64,000 bases of DNA from Eledone cirrhosa (Eukaryota). A program made the position numbers and the translations under genes. Within the stretch, counting starts at the first letter, position 1. Each line of letters starts with the position of its first letter. Shown here in pieces: positions 24,287 through 39,349 of the stretch. Location: NCBI GenBank assembly GCA_964016885.1, contig OZ024744.1, positions 66,092,001 through 66,156,000 of the forward strand, given 5' to 3'. The notes beneath the pieces were generated by a model. The model saw only the letters and a program-made list of their open reading frames with translations. It ran no database searches and was not told where the DNA came from.

Positions 24287-25687
24287 GTGTGTGTGTGCGT
24301 ATGAGTGTGTGTGCGTCGTGTATGTACTATGTACGTACTTAATGTATGTATGTATGTATGCATGTATGTAGGAACTAGCGTGCGTGATCACCGACGAGAG
24401 ATCATCAGAGGTTGTAAGAGCAAGTATTTCTAAAGGTTTCTGAAGGCTTCGGTTGTGTATTGTTGATGAATTGAGCGAATTCTCATATATATATATATAT
24501 ATATATATGCATGTATGTACGTACGTACGCATGCATATATATAAAGCAGTACGCTAGCAGCTGAAGTGTGTGATATTATATCTGATATTAGCTGAAGTTA
24601 TATCTGTATAAATACAAAATGTGTAACCAACGTGAAATATATACACATATCTAATATGTAGGCATGTAAACATGCCAGAAAATACGATTGTCCTGTAAAT
24701 TGGAAAAAATGATCGATTTTCGGATCTAATTGAATCCTCACCAGAAGACATGTATATCACCCAATAAGCCTCAAAGAAACATGTACTAGATAAGTACATA
24801 TTCAAATTTGCTGTTAGTATTATTCTGAAATGAACGAACTAATTTGCATATAATTAGTGCTTGTGTTGGTAATTAAGATATATATATATATTAAGAAGTG
24901 CGCTTGCAGTCGAAATGTATGAGAAAGTTATATCTGTATGAATAAAGAATGTTGTAAACGAGACTGCCCCAATGTGTGACATACACATATTTAATATGTA
25001 GGTATGTAAACATGCTAGAAAATACGAATTACCTTGTAAATTGAAAAAAAAAAAATGATAAATACACACACACATATATTCTCAGGAAAAAGGGAAAACA
25101 ATGTGATGGCATAACTGCTCCAGTTAGTGGAGAAATCTATGAGTATGTAGGTGTGGCGAGCAACATATATTCTAGCCATTAGAAAAAAAAATGCATACTT
25201 CACTTTTTTCTCTCTCTCTTTCGTCTGCGACTTCACAAAACTTACGTTTACTGAATTCGTAGAACAGACCCCTTTATCTTCTTCTTCTTCTTCTTCTTCT
25301 TCTTCTTCTTCCTTTTCTCTCCTTTTTCTCTCTCTCTTTTTTCCCCCCCGTCAAACTTGGGCGAAATTCTTTCCTTGCTCACATTTCAACCAGGTTTGAT
25401 GGTCTTTTGTCTCTTGTTCACGATTTCACAGAGTTTATATTCATAGAGATCTGGGACTTGTCTATTTCTACTCACTTTCCGTTGCTAAAACTTTTTTGTT
25501 GTTACTCTGGCGTCCCCCTTTATTTACGTGTCCCAACGACTTTTTTTAGCCGTTGTTCGCACCAACCCGAGGCATATGGCCCTTAAAGCGATGAAATGCC
25601 CAGGACGGTTGGAGGGTCACTGATGAAGGACTCACTTTTTCATATGTATCCCATTTGCAACGCCGCAGCTCCATTATTATCATATTT

Positions 25688-25772
<85 letters not shown>

Positions 25773-26061
25773 GAGTATATGTTGGTTGTATACCAACACC
25801 TCAGTATGCAGGCTGCAGCACTATGATTCCAGTTCCTCAGTGAAATAACAACCAGGAACTGGGCATATCAGAGTATTGACAATATTATACACCTCAACAA
25901 CATATGTACTTGTCTATACCACACTAATTCGGACTGCCTGAAGAGGTCACAGCCAAAGAAATATATATAGCAGCAATAAACGACATTTTAAATATATATA
26001 GCAGCAATAAACGAACATTTGACTTTTTATTTAACTTTATTTTATATATATATATATATAT

Positions 26062-26681
26062 AGTAAGACCAAAGAATCGTTATATATATACACACACACA
26101 CACAAATTAACTCGAAAATATAGTTTTGAGACGTGATTGTATTAGGATTCTCAGGAAAATGGGACCACTCGGCGTATGGAAGCTGTTAGAAACAACAAAA
26201 TACCGCCGAGGAGGCGTTGGGTAAAATATTAGCTGGAAGGACAGAGATCAGCGGCTATATGTGAGTTGGCTGGAAGGAAGGAAGAGAAGATAGGAAGGAG
26301 GAAATAGAATGGATGAAAGTGAACAGGTCACAAACATTAAAATATGCTCATCGGATCTCAACCTCCAGCACTTTCAACAATTCGTCGAAACTGCAGGAGG
26401 TTGAGATCCGATATTTGTGACCTGTTCACTTTCATCCATTCTATTTCCTCCTTCCTATCTTCTCTTCCTTCCTTCCAGTCAACTCACATCTAGCCGCTGA
26501 TCTCTGTCCTTCCAGCTAATATTTTACCCAACGCCTCTTCGACGGTATTTTGTTGTTTCTAACAGCTTCCATACGCCGAGTGCTGCCATTTTCCTGAGAA
26601 TCCTAATACAATCGCGTCTCAAAACTCTATTTTCGAGTTAATTTGTGTGTGTGTATATATATATAACGATTCTTTGGTCTT

Positions 26682-26684
<3 letters not shown>
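26062..26684. repeat. ~620-bp inverted repeat (arms ~300 bp) with TTTC-hairpin-GAAA axis, TA-flanked
   Basis: The arms match with a few substitutions and one indel. Centre CTTTC-AACAATTCGTC-GAAAC at 26371-26391; nested inside an outer inverted pair 25107-25207/26760-26860. Confidence 0.88.
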
Positions 26685-26740
<56 letters not shown>

Positions 26741-28539
26741 TCTTGAATCATCCCTCCATCGAAAGTGAAGTATGCATTTTTTTTCTAATGACTAGAATAT
26801 ATGTTGCTCGCCACACCTACATACTCATAGATTTCTCCACTAACTGGAGCAGTTATGCCAACCCATTGTCGAATTAATAATCGATCATCTGCGAAGTCAA
26901 CGGTGTTCACGACACCGAGCTTATCTAATTAAACTGATGGTCGCTGCATGAGCTACTGCTTATTATGAGACAAGCAGGATTGTTCTCGAAGCTTACTCAT
27001 GTAGAACTGGCCTTTTCTGTTAGACTATCCTATGATAGCCATACCAGAGGCACCTCATGTATGATGTGGATCTTCATTACACAAGTCAGTCTTACAAAGC
27101 CAGCAATTTGCCCCCAAATTGCTGGCTTTGTAACAATGCTAGAAAGAATTATTTACGAGGAGCCATAACACGTTGGCTTTCCTGTAACCACTGATGCATG
27201 TCGGTCTTGACTGCGATGACGGATAAAGGTCTGGACAGGATAACTTTTTATCAAGTTTCAGTTAGGTTGAGTTAAGTTATGTTCCAAGTACCAGCTAAGT
27301 AATGTGAAAGTAACTGTGATTGAGGAATTCTACTTTACAGTGAGTGAATATGAATTTTTCTTCTGAAGATAACTAACCCAGCATCGATATCCCAATGATG
27401 AGGGGCTGAGATGGTGTGCAGAGAGGACGTTCCCTTTTGAGTGAGAGCCCATGCACAGACCACATCGTGGTCCCAGCCGACAGAATGGCGAAAACGTTGT
27501 CCCAGAGGATAACGAGGGGGACACGGTGGAATAGCCATTCCAACTCGCGGGTGTCGCTCCTACGGGTGGTTGGTCAATTCCACCCTCCGATAGTAGTTAG
27601 TAGGGAAGTGATCTGAGACCAAGAACACCATAAGACTCCACTGCTACAAGTCGCTCATCTTGGATAACAACACGTGGTGACAGCACGTTCTCCGGTACCA
27701 ACCTGATCACTCTGGCCACAAAACCTCGGCACCACCGCTCGTAATACTAAGGCGCGGAAGATGAGACCAAATACCAGGCATTGATTAATCGATTCCTATT
27801 TTTGTGCGAGTGGTCACCATTGAGACTAGCGGTGTCCTCTGTCACCGGACTTCCGTGATCCTCCGCCAAAATCGGGACGAGAACATCACGCCTGAGGAAA
27901 GAACTGATGAAGGTGGAATGGCTGATACAGTGAATAACGCTAGCTGTTCTCCATGCCAACATTTCCACCATCTTATCTAGAGGACACAACTGGGATGTGC
28001 CACCCACTTCCCATTTAGACACGCCCTATATTTTCTTTTTCATCAATAAAATTTCATAGTGAAATATAAGAAAAAATATTCTGTTTACAAATTCTTTAAC
28101 ATAGTCTATGAATTATATAAAGAAAGAAATCATTATAATAATTGTTTCTGCTTTTGGCACAAGGCCAGCAATTATTCCAGTGTATTACTGGTACTTTATT
28201 TGATCGACCCCGTAAGGATGAAAGGCAAAGTTAACCTCAGCGGGATTTGAACTCAGACCATAAAGGGCCGTAACTCTATGCTGCAAAGAATGACGTCCGA
28301 CCCGCTACCGATACTGCCAATCCACCACATATACATGTTTCATAAATACACACGCATATGTGTGTATTTATGCATATGCATATATACGTGTGTGTGTGTG
28401 TACATTTATATATGTATATATACGTGTGTGTGTGTGTATTTATGCATATGTATATATATGTGTGTGTGTGTGTGTGTGTACATGGATATATAAATATAGA
28501 TATATGTATATGTGTGTGTATATATATTTGTGTGTGTAA

Positions 28540-28635
<96 letters not shown>

Positions 28636-28904
28636 ATGTGTGTGTGTGTGTGTGTGCGTATGTGTGTGTGTGCGTGCGTGTATATATTCAGTTGCTCAAA
28701 GATTGCTGCCGTCTGAAGGAGTATATAAACATGAAACTTAATTAATTGTATGTATGTGTGCATACACACACACACACACACACAAATATACACACGTATA
28801 TATATACACACACTCACAGGCACATCACATACATATCAAATTTACAAAAACTGAAATATATAAACTTCAAATTATATACTGTATATCTATATATGTATAT
28901 ATAC

Positions 28905-29076
28905 CTTTCCAATCCCTGGGTTCTGCATTTTCCCTGCATTCCTCAATAAATAAGGCGGTGCTGGTGGTGGATTTAGTCTGATGATTTCACTGTAACATGT
29001 TGGAAATATCGGTAATTCAGGGTCCATATGTGACTTCTTTTTCTTCTTTGAGGATATACTTAATTTCTGGGCAGCC
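28905..29076 (-). CDS. KIF26: Kinesin-like protein KIF26 exon immediately preceding the motor domain
   Basis: ttttaag|G-GCT.. encodes (R)AAQKLSISSKKKKKSHMDPELPIFPTCYSEIIRLNPPPAPPYLLRNAGKMQNPGIGK|gtat. This matches vertebrate KIF26A/B FFARAAQKLNLSSKKKK..PPPAPPCLLR..PGLGK; 172 nt, phase 2 to phase 0. Confidence 0.95.
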
Positions 29077-30228
29077 CTTAAAAATGACATAAAAAAACAA
29101 CAACAACATTAGTCACTGACTTTTTAGATCAGTCGTGGGCATAATGTGGCTCGTAAATCGCATGCAGCCCGTTTGGCTTTCTGAATAGCACGCCTAATTT
29201 CAAAATTGCTCTGGATTTTTTTTAGTAGTGTGGCCCGCCGCCCGGTTGATGAGTCACATCTTATGCGGCCCACTGCTCGAAAAAGGTTGCCCATACGTAT
29301 AGAGCAAAACATTGTGATTAACTCTTGTTTCCGAAATACTTGAAACTACATCTGGTTCTATCAACTATACAAAAACTTTGTTTTAAGCCTTTTTTTAAAA
29401 ATACAAAACCACTTGAAAACCGATCCTGGTTTTATGAGACAACGTTGTTTCTTTTAAAGTATTAATATTTAAATTTAAACCTCTCACCGTAAAATTATGT
29501 AAGAATCCTTGTTAAGTTATGTTCCAAATACCAGCTTAATAATCATTTCTGGTATAGGCACAAGGCCAGCAATTTGGGAGGAGGGGAAAGTCGATTAAAT
29601 CGTGATTGCTACTTTATTTTACCGACCCCGTAAGGATGAAAGGCAAAGTTAACCTCGGCGGGATTTGAACTCAGATCACGAAGAGCCGTAACTCTATGCT
29701 GCAAAGCATGGCGTCCGACCCTCTACCGATACTGCCAATCCACCAGCTTAATAATGACAATGAGCCGCAGTTTGTCCATGACTGATTCGAATTAACAACA
29801 CACATGAAACCACATTGAAAAATACAAAACAGCACTATGATTACATCACAAGTCTTTACTATATTATTGCAAATTTTCCCAACAATCTAACTACTAGTAA
29901 AGATAATAAAAACATTTGGATTAAAAAAACTATTTTTAATTATTTAATAAATCAGTGCATGCATGTGTGTGTGGTCCCGTAATTTCTGATAGAGTCGTAG
30001 GGGCGCCGTTGACATACGGCGTTTCTTAGGCATTTTAAGCCTGGCGGAGCCCATCCCTCTCCAGGCCCGAGTAGAGCAGATTTCTTCCAGAGAAAGATAG
30101 AAGTGAGAGAGAGGATATGAGAAAGAGATATAGAGGAAGAATCGACCCCAGTACTAGACTGGTACTTTTTAATCGACCTCGAAAGGATTAAAGGCAAAGT
30201 TGACCTCACCAGTACGAATACCATAAAG

Positions 30229-30549
30229 CAGGGGCGTGCAACAGGCAGCCGGCGGGCCACAATCCGGCCCGCCAGACCAGTCAGAGTGGCCCGCGATGAC
30301 CGTTTTTAATTTTTACTTTGTAGACTTATTTAGAATTTTTCTTCATAACCGTAACACAATTTTCTGTTAGTTGACCTATACTAAAGGGCTTCACTGGATA
30401 GGGTTATGCATGTTATAATTTCCCAGTTCCATGTTATGGAAAGAAGTTGTTGTGAATCTTTGGAAAAGTGCTTAATAAATATTAATGGCCCTAATAGTTG
30501 TTCCAATGTTCAAAAGTGGCCCGCCAATGGAATATGTTGCACACTCTTG
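30229..30549. mobile_element. hAT-like MITE inserted into a SINE
   Basis: TIRs CAGGGGCGTGCAACA / TGTTGCACACTCTTG; 8-bp TSD CCATAAAG at 30221-30228 and 30550-30557. Confidence 0.88.
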
Positions 30550-30651
30550 CCATAAAGTATTCTATCCGACGTTCTAACGACTCTGCCAATTCGCCGCCTA
30601 TCATTAAAGGGTGTTAAACATTAATAACGTTGAATTAATCATAAGACATAC

Positions 30652-30878
30652 CTGGCAAAAAAGGACGAAGCTGAGGAAGGCTGCGCCATGGGACTAGTTG
30701 CAGCATTTACTGTGGTGCAGCGTGGTTGGTTGTAAGGCGACGATGGTGGTGACGAGATACGTGGATGAGACATTGAACTTCCCCGATATTCATTCATTAA
30801 ATTCCCAGAAAGTGGAACCGTTTCGTTGAAAACTGGAGTTCTGTCTGCACTGGGCCCCCCAGGTAATGGCCTGTTTAC
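30652..30878 (-). CDS. KIF26: KIF26 exon (Ser/Pro-rich, ending SSASSFFAR)
   Basis: cttttcttcag|GTAAAC..TTTGCCAG|gtatgt; 227 nt encoding VNRPLPGG..QPSSASSFFA(R). The phase-2 end joins exon 28905-29076 to rebuild the conserved SFFARAAQKL. Confidence 0.93.
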
Positions 30879-30963
30879 CTGAAGAAAAGAAAAAATAAAA
30901 GATTAAAAAAAAAATTCAAATGAAATTATAGTACTTTATAATTTGACATTTGTACCACTCCTG

Positions 30964-31029
<66 letters not shown>

Positions 31030-31163
31030 ACACAGTGCCCCGTTGGCCAAGGGATGCTCATCATCTTGCCAAAAACATTTTACGATGATTTTTTTCAGAT
31101 GTTCTTCAAATAAGGGACCTGATATTTTAACTAACACAAGGCCTCATTTGTCGTAAATCCGGC

Positions 31164-31194
<31 letters not shown>

Positions 31195-31219
31195 CAACAC
31201 CATGTATCGTGGGTTATAA

Positions 31220-32084
31220 TCTATATATATAAAACTGAGGATGTCTGTCTGTATGTGTGTGTGAGTTTGAATCCCTAAAACTCGAGAACCACCCAACCGA
31301 CTGTTTTCAAACTTTACACATGTAATACTTGTTTCAGGGAGTGTTCTGAGCAAAAAAAATTTCAAATTTTTAATGCCCTAGGGACCTCATTAGGCGATCT
31401 CTCTGTATAATGCTTAGTCTTTCTCTTTTTAGATAGATACATACATATAACATCACTTCCCTGAGGATGTCTGTGTGTGTGTGTGTGTATTTCTGTGAGT
31501 TTGAATCCCTAAAACTCGAGAAGTACCAAACTGACTTTTTTCAAACTTTACATGTAAATTACTTATATTTCAGGGAGTGTTATGCACATAAAAAAAATTC
31601 AACTTTTTGATCCCCTAGGGCCCGCATCAGGTGAAAAACTGTGTATTTTCAGTTATTTTGTGGTTTTTTGAGTCCTTACGTCAGACTGATTTCCTTGAAA
31701 TTGTAACTATGTATTAGTCAGTCTCTTCTTCATACCGTGAGCAAAGAAAATCCAACTTTTTATGGCCTAGGTAAAAAAACTTCATTTTTTCAGCTTTTTA
31801 GAGCTTTTTGGAGGCGTTACGTCTAGCCGATTTTCCCGAAATTTAAAAGCATATTATGCACATTAAAAAAATTCATTTTCTTGATCCCCTAGGGCCCACA
31901 TTAGGTGAAAACCTGCATTTTTCCTGCTTCAGCGAGGAAAATCTTAAAGATTATCCAGCCATCAGAGTATTCGATTTATTTTCTTTACGTATTGTCCACG
32001 CATGCAGTTTTTCCACGATTAGGTCTGTTGGTGGCCCGCGTTCCAAAATACCTTATCCTGTGCAACGCCGGGTACCACTGCTAG
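31220..32084 (+). mobile_element. Complete non-autonomous Helitron
   Basis: A|TCTATATATATAAAACTGAGG start, CCTGTGCAACGCCGGG hairpin + CTAG|T end, no TSD; inverted related copy at 49006-49760. Confidence 0.88.
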
Positions 32085-32363
32085 TGGTCTATAAATGTAC
32101 AATCGAATTTAGGAATAAACAGATATACTATTATTGTTTAGTCTAATATCAGCCCTATCCTAGAAGAAATATATAACCAATGGCTCGCTATCTGTTCGTC
32201 TGATCGCCCAACAGCCCGCATCCAATCATTTTCTTATTATTTTTCTTCTGATAAAGTGTATCTACAACTACATTATCAAATGTCTCCTTCCTTCATAAAA
32301 ATAGTACGATATTTGATGGAGATTTGCTTTGCAATTTCCAGCATGTCAAGCAACTATATAGAG

Positions 32364-32579
32364 CAGTCACGAGTAACCTGCGACCCTCGGAGTGCCTGCG
32401 GCCCGCGAAGCTTTCTGAATGGGTCGTCTAAGTCACCTAAGTGAATGCTTTCTGATTTTTTTACCCCCAACTTTTCAGTCGTAATTTATCTTTTTATCAT
32501 TTTTACGATCGAAGAAAACCGCCTGATGATGAGCCATATCTCATGCGGCTCGCTTCTTGAAAAAGGTTGCCCATGCCTG
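32364..32579. mobile_element. hAT-like MITE
   Basis: CAG..AACCT / AGGTTGCCCATGCCTG ends with 8-bp TSD ATATAGAG; related copy at ~29130-29300. Confidence 0.8.
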
Positions 32580-33299
32580 ATATAGAGGCTTCTTGGATGA
32601 CCAGATGAAACATTAATATTTATAGAAGTGTGGACGCTGGTTAAAAAGTTCGCTTTGCAATCATTAGATCCTGGGTTCTAGGTAACTATTCGTAAACCTG
32701 CCAGATGGATTGTACTTGTAATGGACAGACAAACCTTGTCGTACACTGTGTCATGCTGGATCACCCCACCCAACTCCGAGAACTACGTTAATAGTACACG
32801 TGTCTGTGGAATGCTCATCCACATATGTATGTATGGTCCCGTAAATCCTGATAGAGTCGTGGGGGGGGGGTATTGAAATGCGGTGTTTCTTGGGCATTTA
32901 AAGCCTGGCAGAGCCCATCCTTCTCCAAACCTGAGTACCAGCAGATTTCTTCCAGAGAAAGAGATATAGAGGAAGAATCCACCTCAGTACTTGACCTCGG
33001 TGGGATTTGAACTCAGAGAGCAGAGAGCCGGAACGAATGCTATAAACCATTCTAGCTGACATCCTAAAGACTCTGCCAATTCACCGTCTACCCACATATA
33101 CGTTGATTTTTATGACTAAGCTGTTCCATTGATCGAATAACTGCAAAGACTCATTGTCGAAACCGACGAAAGTCCATTGATTTATTAGAACACTAGGGTA
33201 ATAGAGCACCATAAACTGTTATACTGATGAAAGCTGAAGATACAGAGAGAGATACAAGTAATTTATTTCACAGAAACCCCAAAATATACACACACACAC

Positions 33300-33344
<45 letters not shown>

Positions 33345-33915
33345 AAACATGACATAGCAGGGTTTATTATTGAAAGATAGTTGAGACGAGGGAGCAGAAT
33401 TGTCCATAACTACGGAATAATAGATATCTTTGAGGTAGCTCTTAAATATAGCAATTTAGCTTGATAACTAGAAATCAATTGGAAAAGCATTGCATTATGT
33501 TATAACATAATTGTTTCTACTATTGGCGCAAGGCCAGCAATTATTCCAGTACATTACTGGTACTTTATTTTATCGACCCCGTAAGGATGAAAGGCAAAGT
33601 TAACCTCGGCGGGATTTGAACTTAGAATGGCAAGGGCCGTAACTCTATGCGTCAAAGCATGGCGTCCGACCCTCTACCGATACTGCCAACCCACCGACAT
33701 AATATAATTATAGAAGGGTCTGCCGCCATTGTATGGTATCTTTTAAAATGTAAAGGTCTCACACATACATACGTACATATAAATATACACATATATACAT
33801 ATGTACATGATGGCTACCCCCTCGTTATCGAGTATGGCCATTGCACGAGAAGAAAAAAAAATAATAATAATATAAAATAAAATAAAATAAAATAAACTAA
33901 AATAAAATAAAATAA

Positions 33916-33985
<70 letters not shown>

Positions 33986-34253
33986 GAAATATATGTACAT
34001 ACATATGTACATACATACACACATATATATATATATATATATTAATAAGAGGAATTCCAACTTTGTCTGATTTACTCGCTTTATTTACAATCATTTAAAA
34101 TTATAATGGTATTAGAATGAAATAGTATGGTAGAATATTAAATGTTAAGTGTTAATTGAACAAGTACTTTCATGCTTTCGCAATCTTCAGGTTCATAATG
34201 TGTGGTGACAGTCAAGTTTGCAATTTTCAACATATATATATATATGTATATGC

Positions 34254-34313
<60 letters not shown>

Positions 34314-34326
34314 GTATATATATGTA

Positions 34327-34401
<75 letters not shown>

Positions 34402-34470
34402 GTATATATATGTATATATATATATATATAGTGTGTGTGTGTGTATGCACTTATGTATTTATTATGAATG

Positions 34471-34555
<85 letters not shown>

Positions 34556-34579
34556 GTGAGTGAGCGAGAGAGAAAGAGG

Positions 34580-34612
<33 letters not shown>

Positions 34613-34889
34613 TGTGTGTGTGTGTGTGTAATACACATACATATATACATATGATATAACGGTTGAGTTTTTTAATGTTAAACTGAAACTTAAATGATGC
34701 ATTTACACACCCACACGCACACACACACACACTGACACACACACACGCACACACACACTCTCTCTCGCACATTCTCACACACACACACTCACACACACAC
34801 ACACTCTCTCGCACACTCACGTATTTATACATGTATGTCTATGTCTATGTTCAGAAATGAAGGCAAAGAGTAATTAGTAGAACGTTTAT

Positions 34890-35935
34890 TGTTGACGTAT
34901 CTACAAATTGGTTAAACATACAGAAAAAGGAGCCAGTTTAGAAAGGACTATAAATGTCATAAATGAGGGGAAAAGGAGGGAAGAGTAAGGACTATTAGAC
35001 AAAGAAAGAAAGGGGGTGGGAGAGGAGAGGGTGACAGACTCTACACCTTAGGTTAGAGTTCTGTTTTGGCTGAATCTCGTGGCCAAAATAGCAAAGGTAT
35101 TTCTGCAGACAATGGCCAGCGACAGCCACTGCGACAGCTACCTCCACCTGGCGGACTCGTTCCTTAGACGGGCTGCTGATGTTCCGATATCACGGAGTTG
35201 GTCAGCTGACCTGTGTCTGAGGAGGCCCGAGATCCCGACGGCAACCGGTGCAAAGAGGAAGCAGATGATCAAGCTCCGGTATTTGCGTGTCTTCATGTCT
35301 TCTGTATTGCTGGTCGTGGTACCGGGGCTTGTGGCCGAGGTGATTAAGTTGGTGGTGGAGAACATGTCACAATCTGTCACGTCCCAAATGTGGAGGTTAC
35401 TTCCTTCAAAAGGGAAGAGGGTAATTCCGTTAGGGCGTTTGCTGTCACCACGGTCGAGGCCTTCTGGTTCCAACTGTGACCGGAAGCGGGCTGCGCCGAG
35501 GATCCTTCTCATTATGTCGTTGAGGGTGGCATGTCGGGGAAAACGGCCTCCGCTTTGGCGGCATGATAGTGTGTGTAGGCTGAACTCGTCGACAACAACC
35601 CCACAACGTCATTTATATGGCTCACACGTAGAGGCCGAGGCAGTGGGTCACTCCAAATGCGTATGCACTCGTCATCAAGAAGGGTATTGGCTGATGAGGA
35701 GTGCACCAAATTGATCTGCGCACTGATGTTCGGCTGCGAGGCGATGTTGGTCCAAGCCAGACTCGATCCGCCTGAAAGTAGACCTACACTGGATGTCGTC
35801 CCAGTTAGGTTGGACATTTGTATACTGAGGGGGCGGAGAGGCCTTCGTTGGCCTAGTCGGCCATCCCTGTTCCAGTTCTGGCAGCTGAAAATTGTTGGCC
35901 AGATGGCTATATATAGTATTATGGAACACACCTAG
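34890..35935 (-). mobile_element. CRE-like non-LTR element 3' part (zinc knuckle + restriction-like endonuclease), frameshifted
   Basis: LEPEGLDRGDSKRPNGITLFPF..IWDVTDCD..EDMKTRKYRSL..FAPVAV resembles the CRE-clade RLE (EP..RPDG..WDVT..E..K..KY). Confidence 0.8.
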
Positions 35936-36006
35936 TCAGATGTGTGATCATCACCAAGAAACAACAACAACTACTACTACTACTACTACCACCACTACTA
36001 CTATCG

Positions 36007-36040
<34 letters not shown>

Positions 36041-36105
36041 CACCACCACCACCACCACCACTACTACTACTATCGTTACTGCTACTACTACTACTACTAC
36101 CACCG

Positions 36106-36157
<52 letters not shown>

Positions 36158-37825
36158 TACCACTACTACTCCATCATCATCTTCTTCTTTACCCACTTAT
36201 CCCTGGGCGAGTAGTGGCAGCAGAGTGCTCAAGCACACCTTCCAGTGGGTTATGTCAGAAACAGCCGTCTCTGATTGATCCAGCTGGAGTGCCAAGCTAG
36301 ACCATTGAGCTCATGGATATAATCCAATCATCTTGCTCGTGGTCTACCCCTGGGCCTTCGGTTAGTTGGTTTTATTGAATCTTTGCCTTAAATTTGAATC
36401 AGTAGGCCTAGATTTCAGGCATATTGGAAGCTGTCTAAAATATGTTTTTTATGACAACTAGATAATATCTTGTATCTCTGGTTAAGCGATATCGTTGACT
36501 ATTTAAATATCTGAAATCTTTTAGTTACGCACAAGCTGCAGTTTGGGGATCCATAGAATGAAGTTGATGTGGCTTTGTCAATGATGCTCCATGTTATTGG
36601 TCTACATTCTGATCCAAGGTCACTGAGTTCCCAGAGGGATTGGGGCAAGAATGTAGAATCATCTTTGTACCTTGTTCTGAATGAGGGTAGGTGCTGGCAT
36701 ATCGACTCTTGAATCGGTTCATGGTGTGTTCCATCTGATTCATTTCAATACTATCTTGGAGCTCAAAATATTACTACTTTGGAAAGACAACATCTTCTGA
36801 ATAGATAGGCAAGGAAATTTCTGTATCTACAGGCTGACTGTTGGAGGGAGAACTATCTATGTGAGTGTGTTTTCAACTGTTGCATGTCATCTAGGTAATC
36901 TGGGTAATAATAGCTGAACCTAATGTTATTGGTGTTGAAAAGTGTATTGTATATTAGTGTGTAATTGGAATGTTATCTTACAAGAGGAAAAATTTCCACT
37001 CTAGCCTCAAGCACAGGTTAATCAACTTTTTCAAAGGTGAATTGGGAATAATTAACGAGTGAATTCTTGACAAAATTAACATGAAAATTAAGATAACAAA
37101 ACTAGAACAATTACACTGGAGTGCCACCATTATTAAGTGGTTTCGTGGTATGAATTTGATATTATCGACCTCTACATAGCCAGAAGATAGGGTTTAACCC
37201 TTTCTTCTGGCTATGTGTTTCAATTAATTTTGAAAATAATTAAAACTTTGGTGGAATTTTGTTAAATAATTAACTTTTTCCTTAGGAAGCTGTTTTTGGC
37301 AGCATAACTTAAAAAAAAAATGGCTTTATATGGAATTATGTTGGTAGGTTTTGATATTAATGTGAGCATTTTAAAATAAGCAGCTTTCTATCATAAAATC
37401 AGGGGTGGTTTCAAGTGTGATGGTATCAAAAGGATTAAAGGGTTGGATTAAATGCTTTGTGTTATTTTTTTCTGAATCTCTACACTCTTGAGTTTAAATC
37501 TTGCAAGATGAGCTTTGTTTTTTCATCTTTTTGGAGTTGATGAATAAAGTATCAACCCAGTGTAGGCTTCAAATCCCGCAGAGGTTAACTTTGCCTTTCA
37601 TCCTTACGGGGTCGATAAAATAAAGTACCAGTAATGCACTGGGTAATTGCTGGCCTTGTGCCTAAAGTAGAAACAAGTATCTTTTACAGCCATTTGTGTT
37701 CTGAGTTCACTTGTGACACACGTAGTGCCAACATGTGTTAGCTTTTGCTTTCTTTTCCTTGAATAACATCAATGGTCTGGAGAGGAGAGTCATGCTGTCA
37801 CTAGTGATTACTGCGGCCTCACATA

Positions 37826-37867
<42 letters not shown>

Positions 37868-37992
37868 CACTTTCCTGGTGTAGATCCAACAGAGAGTTAC
37901 AAAACATACAGAGGCCCTGAATAAATAACAACTTAGTAATAGCTACTTTTTTAAACATTACACCAGTTTTAAACACCCAGTACTAGTATAAA

Positions 37993-38276
37993 TGGTCATG
38001 TGGCTTAGTGGTTAGGGTGTTTTGCCCTTGAGCAAGTCACTTTATTTCACGTTGCTCCAGTTCACTCAGCTGTAGAAATGAGTTGCGACGTTACTGGTGC
38101 CAAGCTGCAATGGTCATTGCCTTTCCCTTAGACATCATCGGTAGCGTGGAGAGGGGAGACTGGTATACATGGGCGATTACTGGTCTTCCACAAAACAAAC
38201 TTAGCCCAGGCTTCTGCATTGGAGGGAAACTTTCTAAGTGAAAAACCATGGTCATTCGTGACCGAGTGGGCCTTTG
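37993..38276 (+). mobile_element. Second tRNA-derived SINE family (Meta/V-like core)
   Basis: TGGCTTAGTGG A-box, then CCTTGAGCAAGTCACTTTATTTCACGTTGCTCCAGTTCACTCAGCTGTAGAAATGAGT. Confidence 0.7.
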
Positions 38277-39349
38277 AATCCATTAGGCTTGAAAAAATAA
38301 ATTATACCTTTACGCCACCTCCCCACCAAACAAAAAACAAAACAAACAAAACCATTTGATCACATGGGCATTCAAACACTGGCTTAATGACCAATTAGAT
38401 AGACTATTTCTTGTTTGACCATACTTTGATAGCTGTGTATTTGCTAATCCTTTTGTATAGGAATAGGTAATGAAAATTGCTCAGGTCCCAAAAGAACAGA
38501 GGCAAAACTTTGTACATGTCCAAAGACCAAAAACTATCCAAAAGGTCACCAAAGTATGATATTGTGAAACTAAAATGCAGTGAAAGTTGAAACAGCTTAA
38601 ACTTGACTATAGGGTTTACATATACGAGGAAAAAAACTGAGCATTAGAGGCATCAGATGTAACAGAGTATATTTGAAGTGGCATGGAGATGTGAAGTGTA
38701 TGGATGATATCTGTTGAGAGGAGAAGTGCCAAGAGATTCTATTGGAAGGAAGCTACAGAAGAGGAAAATCTGATCGAAGGGAGTAAAAGTGAGAGCAAGT
38801 CTCAAAATGCTATACCAAACAACATGGAAAAATAGACATAAAAATGACGATGATGATGATGATGGTGATGATGGTGGTGGTGTTGGTGGTGGCAGTGATT
38901 ATGATAATGGTGATGATGATGATATACAATAAATAATTATGCAAAACACAGCATATATTAGAAGATTAAAGATAAATTTAATGTAGATGGCTATAACTAC
39001 AGTTTTTGAATTAGAATTTCTGCTATGAAAAAACAAAACAAAAAAGAAAACTGAAGTTTCTACTATTTCATCTGTACAGAGGAAAACATAAGAGCTTATC
39101 TTTATACATTTTAGAGATTATCGACAATAATAATTTCTGAAACAAGAGAAGATAATCTCTTCTTTTTCAAATTGGTGCTCATAATGCTGTTATTTTTACG
39201 TCTAGTTTTCCATACTGGCATGGGCTGTAAGGGACTGTTTGAGGCAGTATTTTATAACCAGATGCTATAAAATACTGCCTCCTTTTTTTACATGTTATGA
39301 GGCTTGGTTTTCTATGACTGGATGCCCTTCATAATGCTAACCACTTTTA

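Noticed and set aside
24700-24750. Minus-strand CTGGTGA-GGATT..GATCC-GAAA-ATCGA-TC
   Set aside because: Possibly a decayed HHR, but the core is mutated and stem I does not pair, so it was not called.
33224-33245. CTGATGA match
   Set aside because: No downstream stem II or GAAA.
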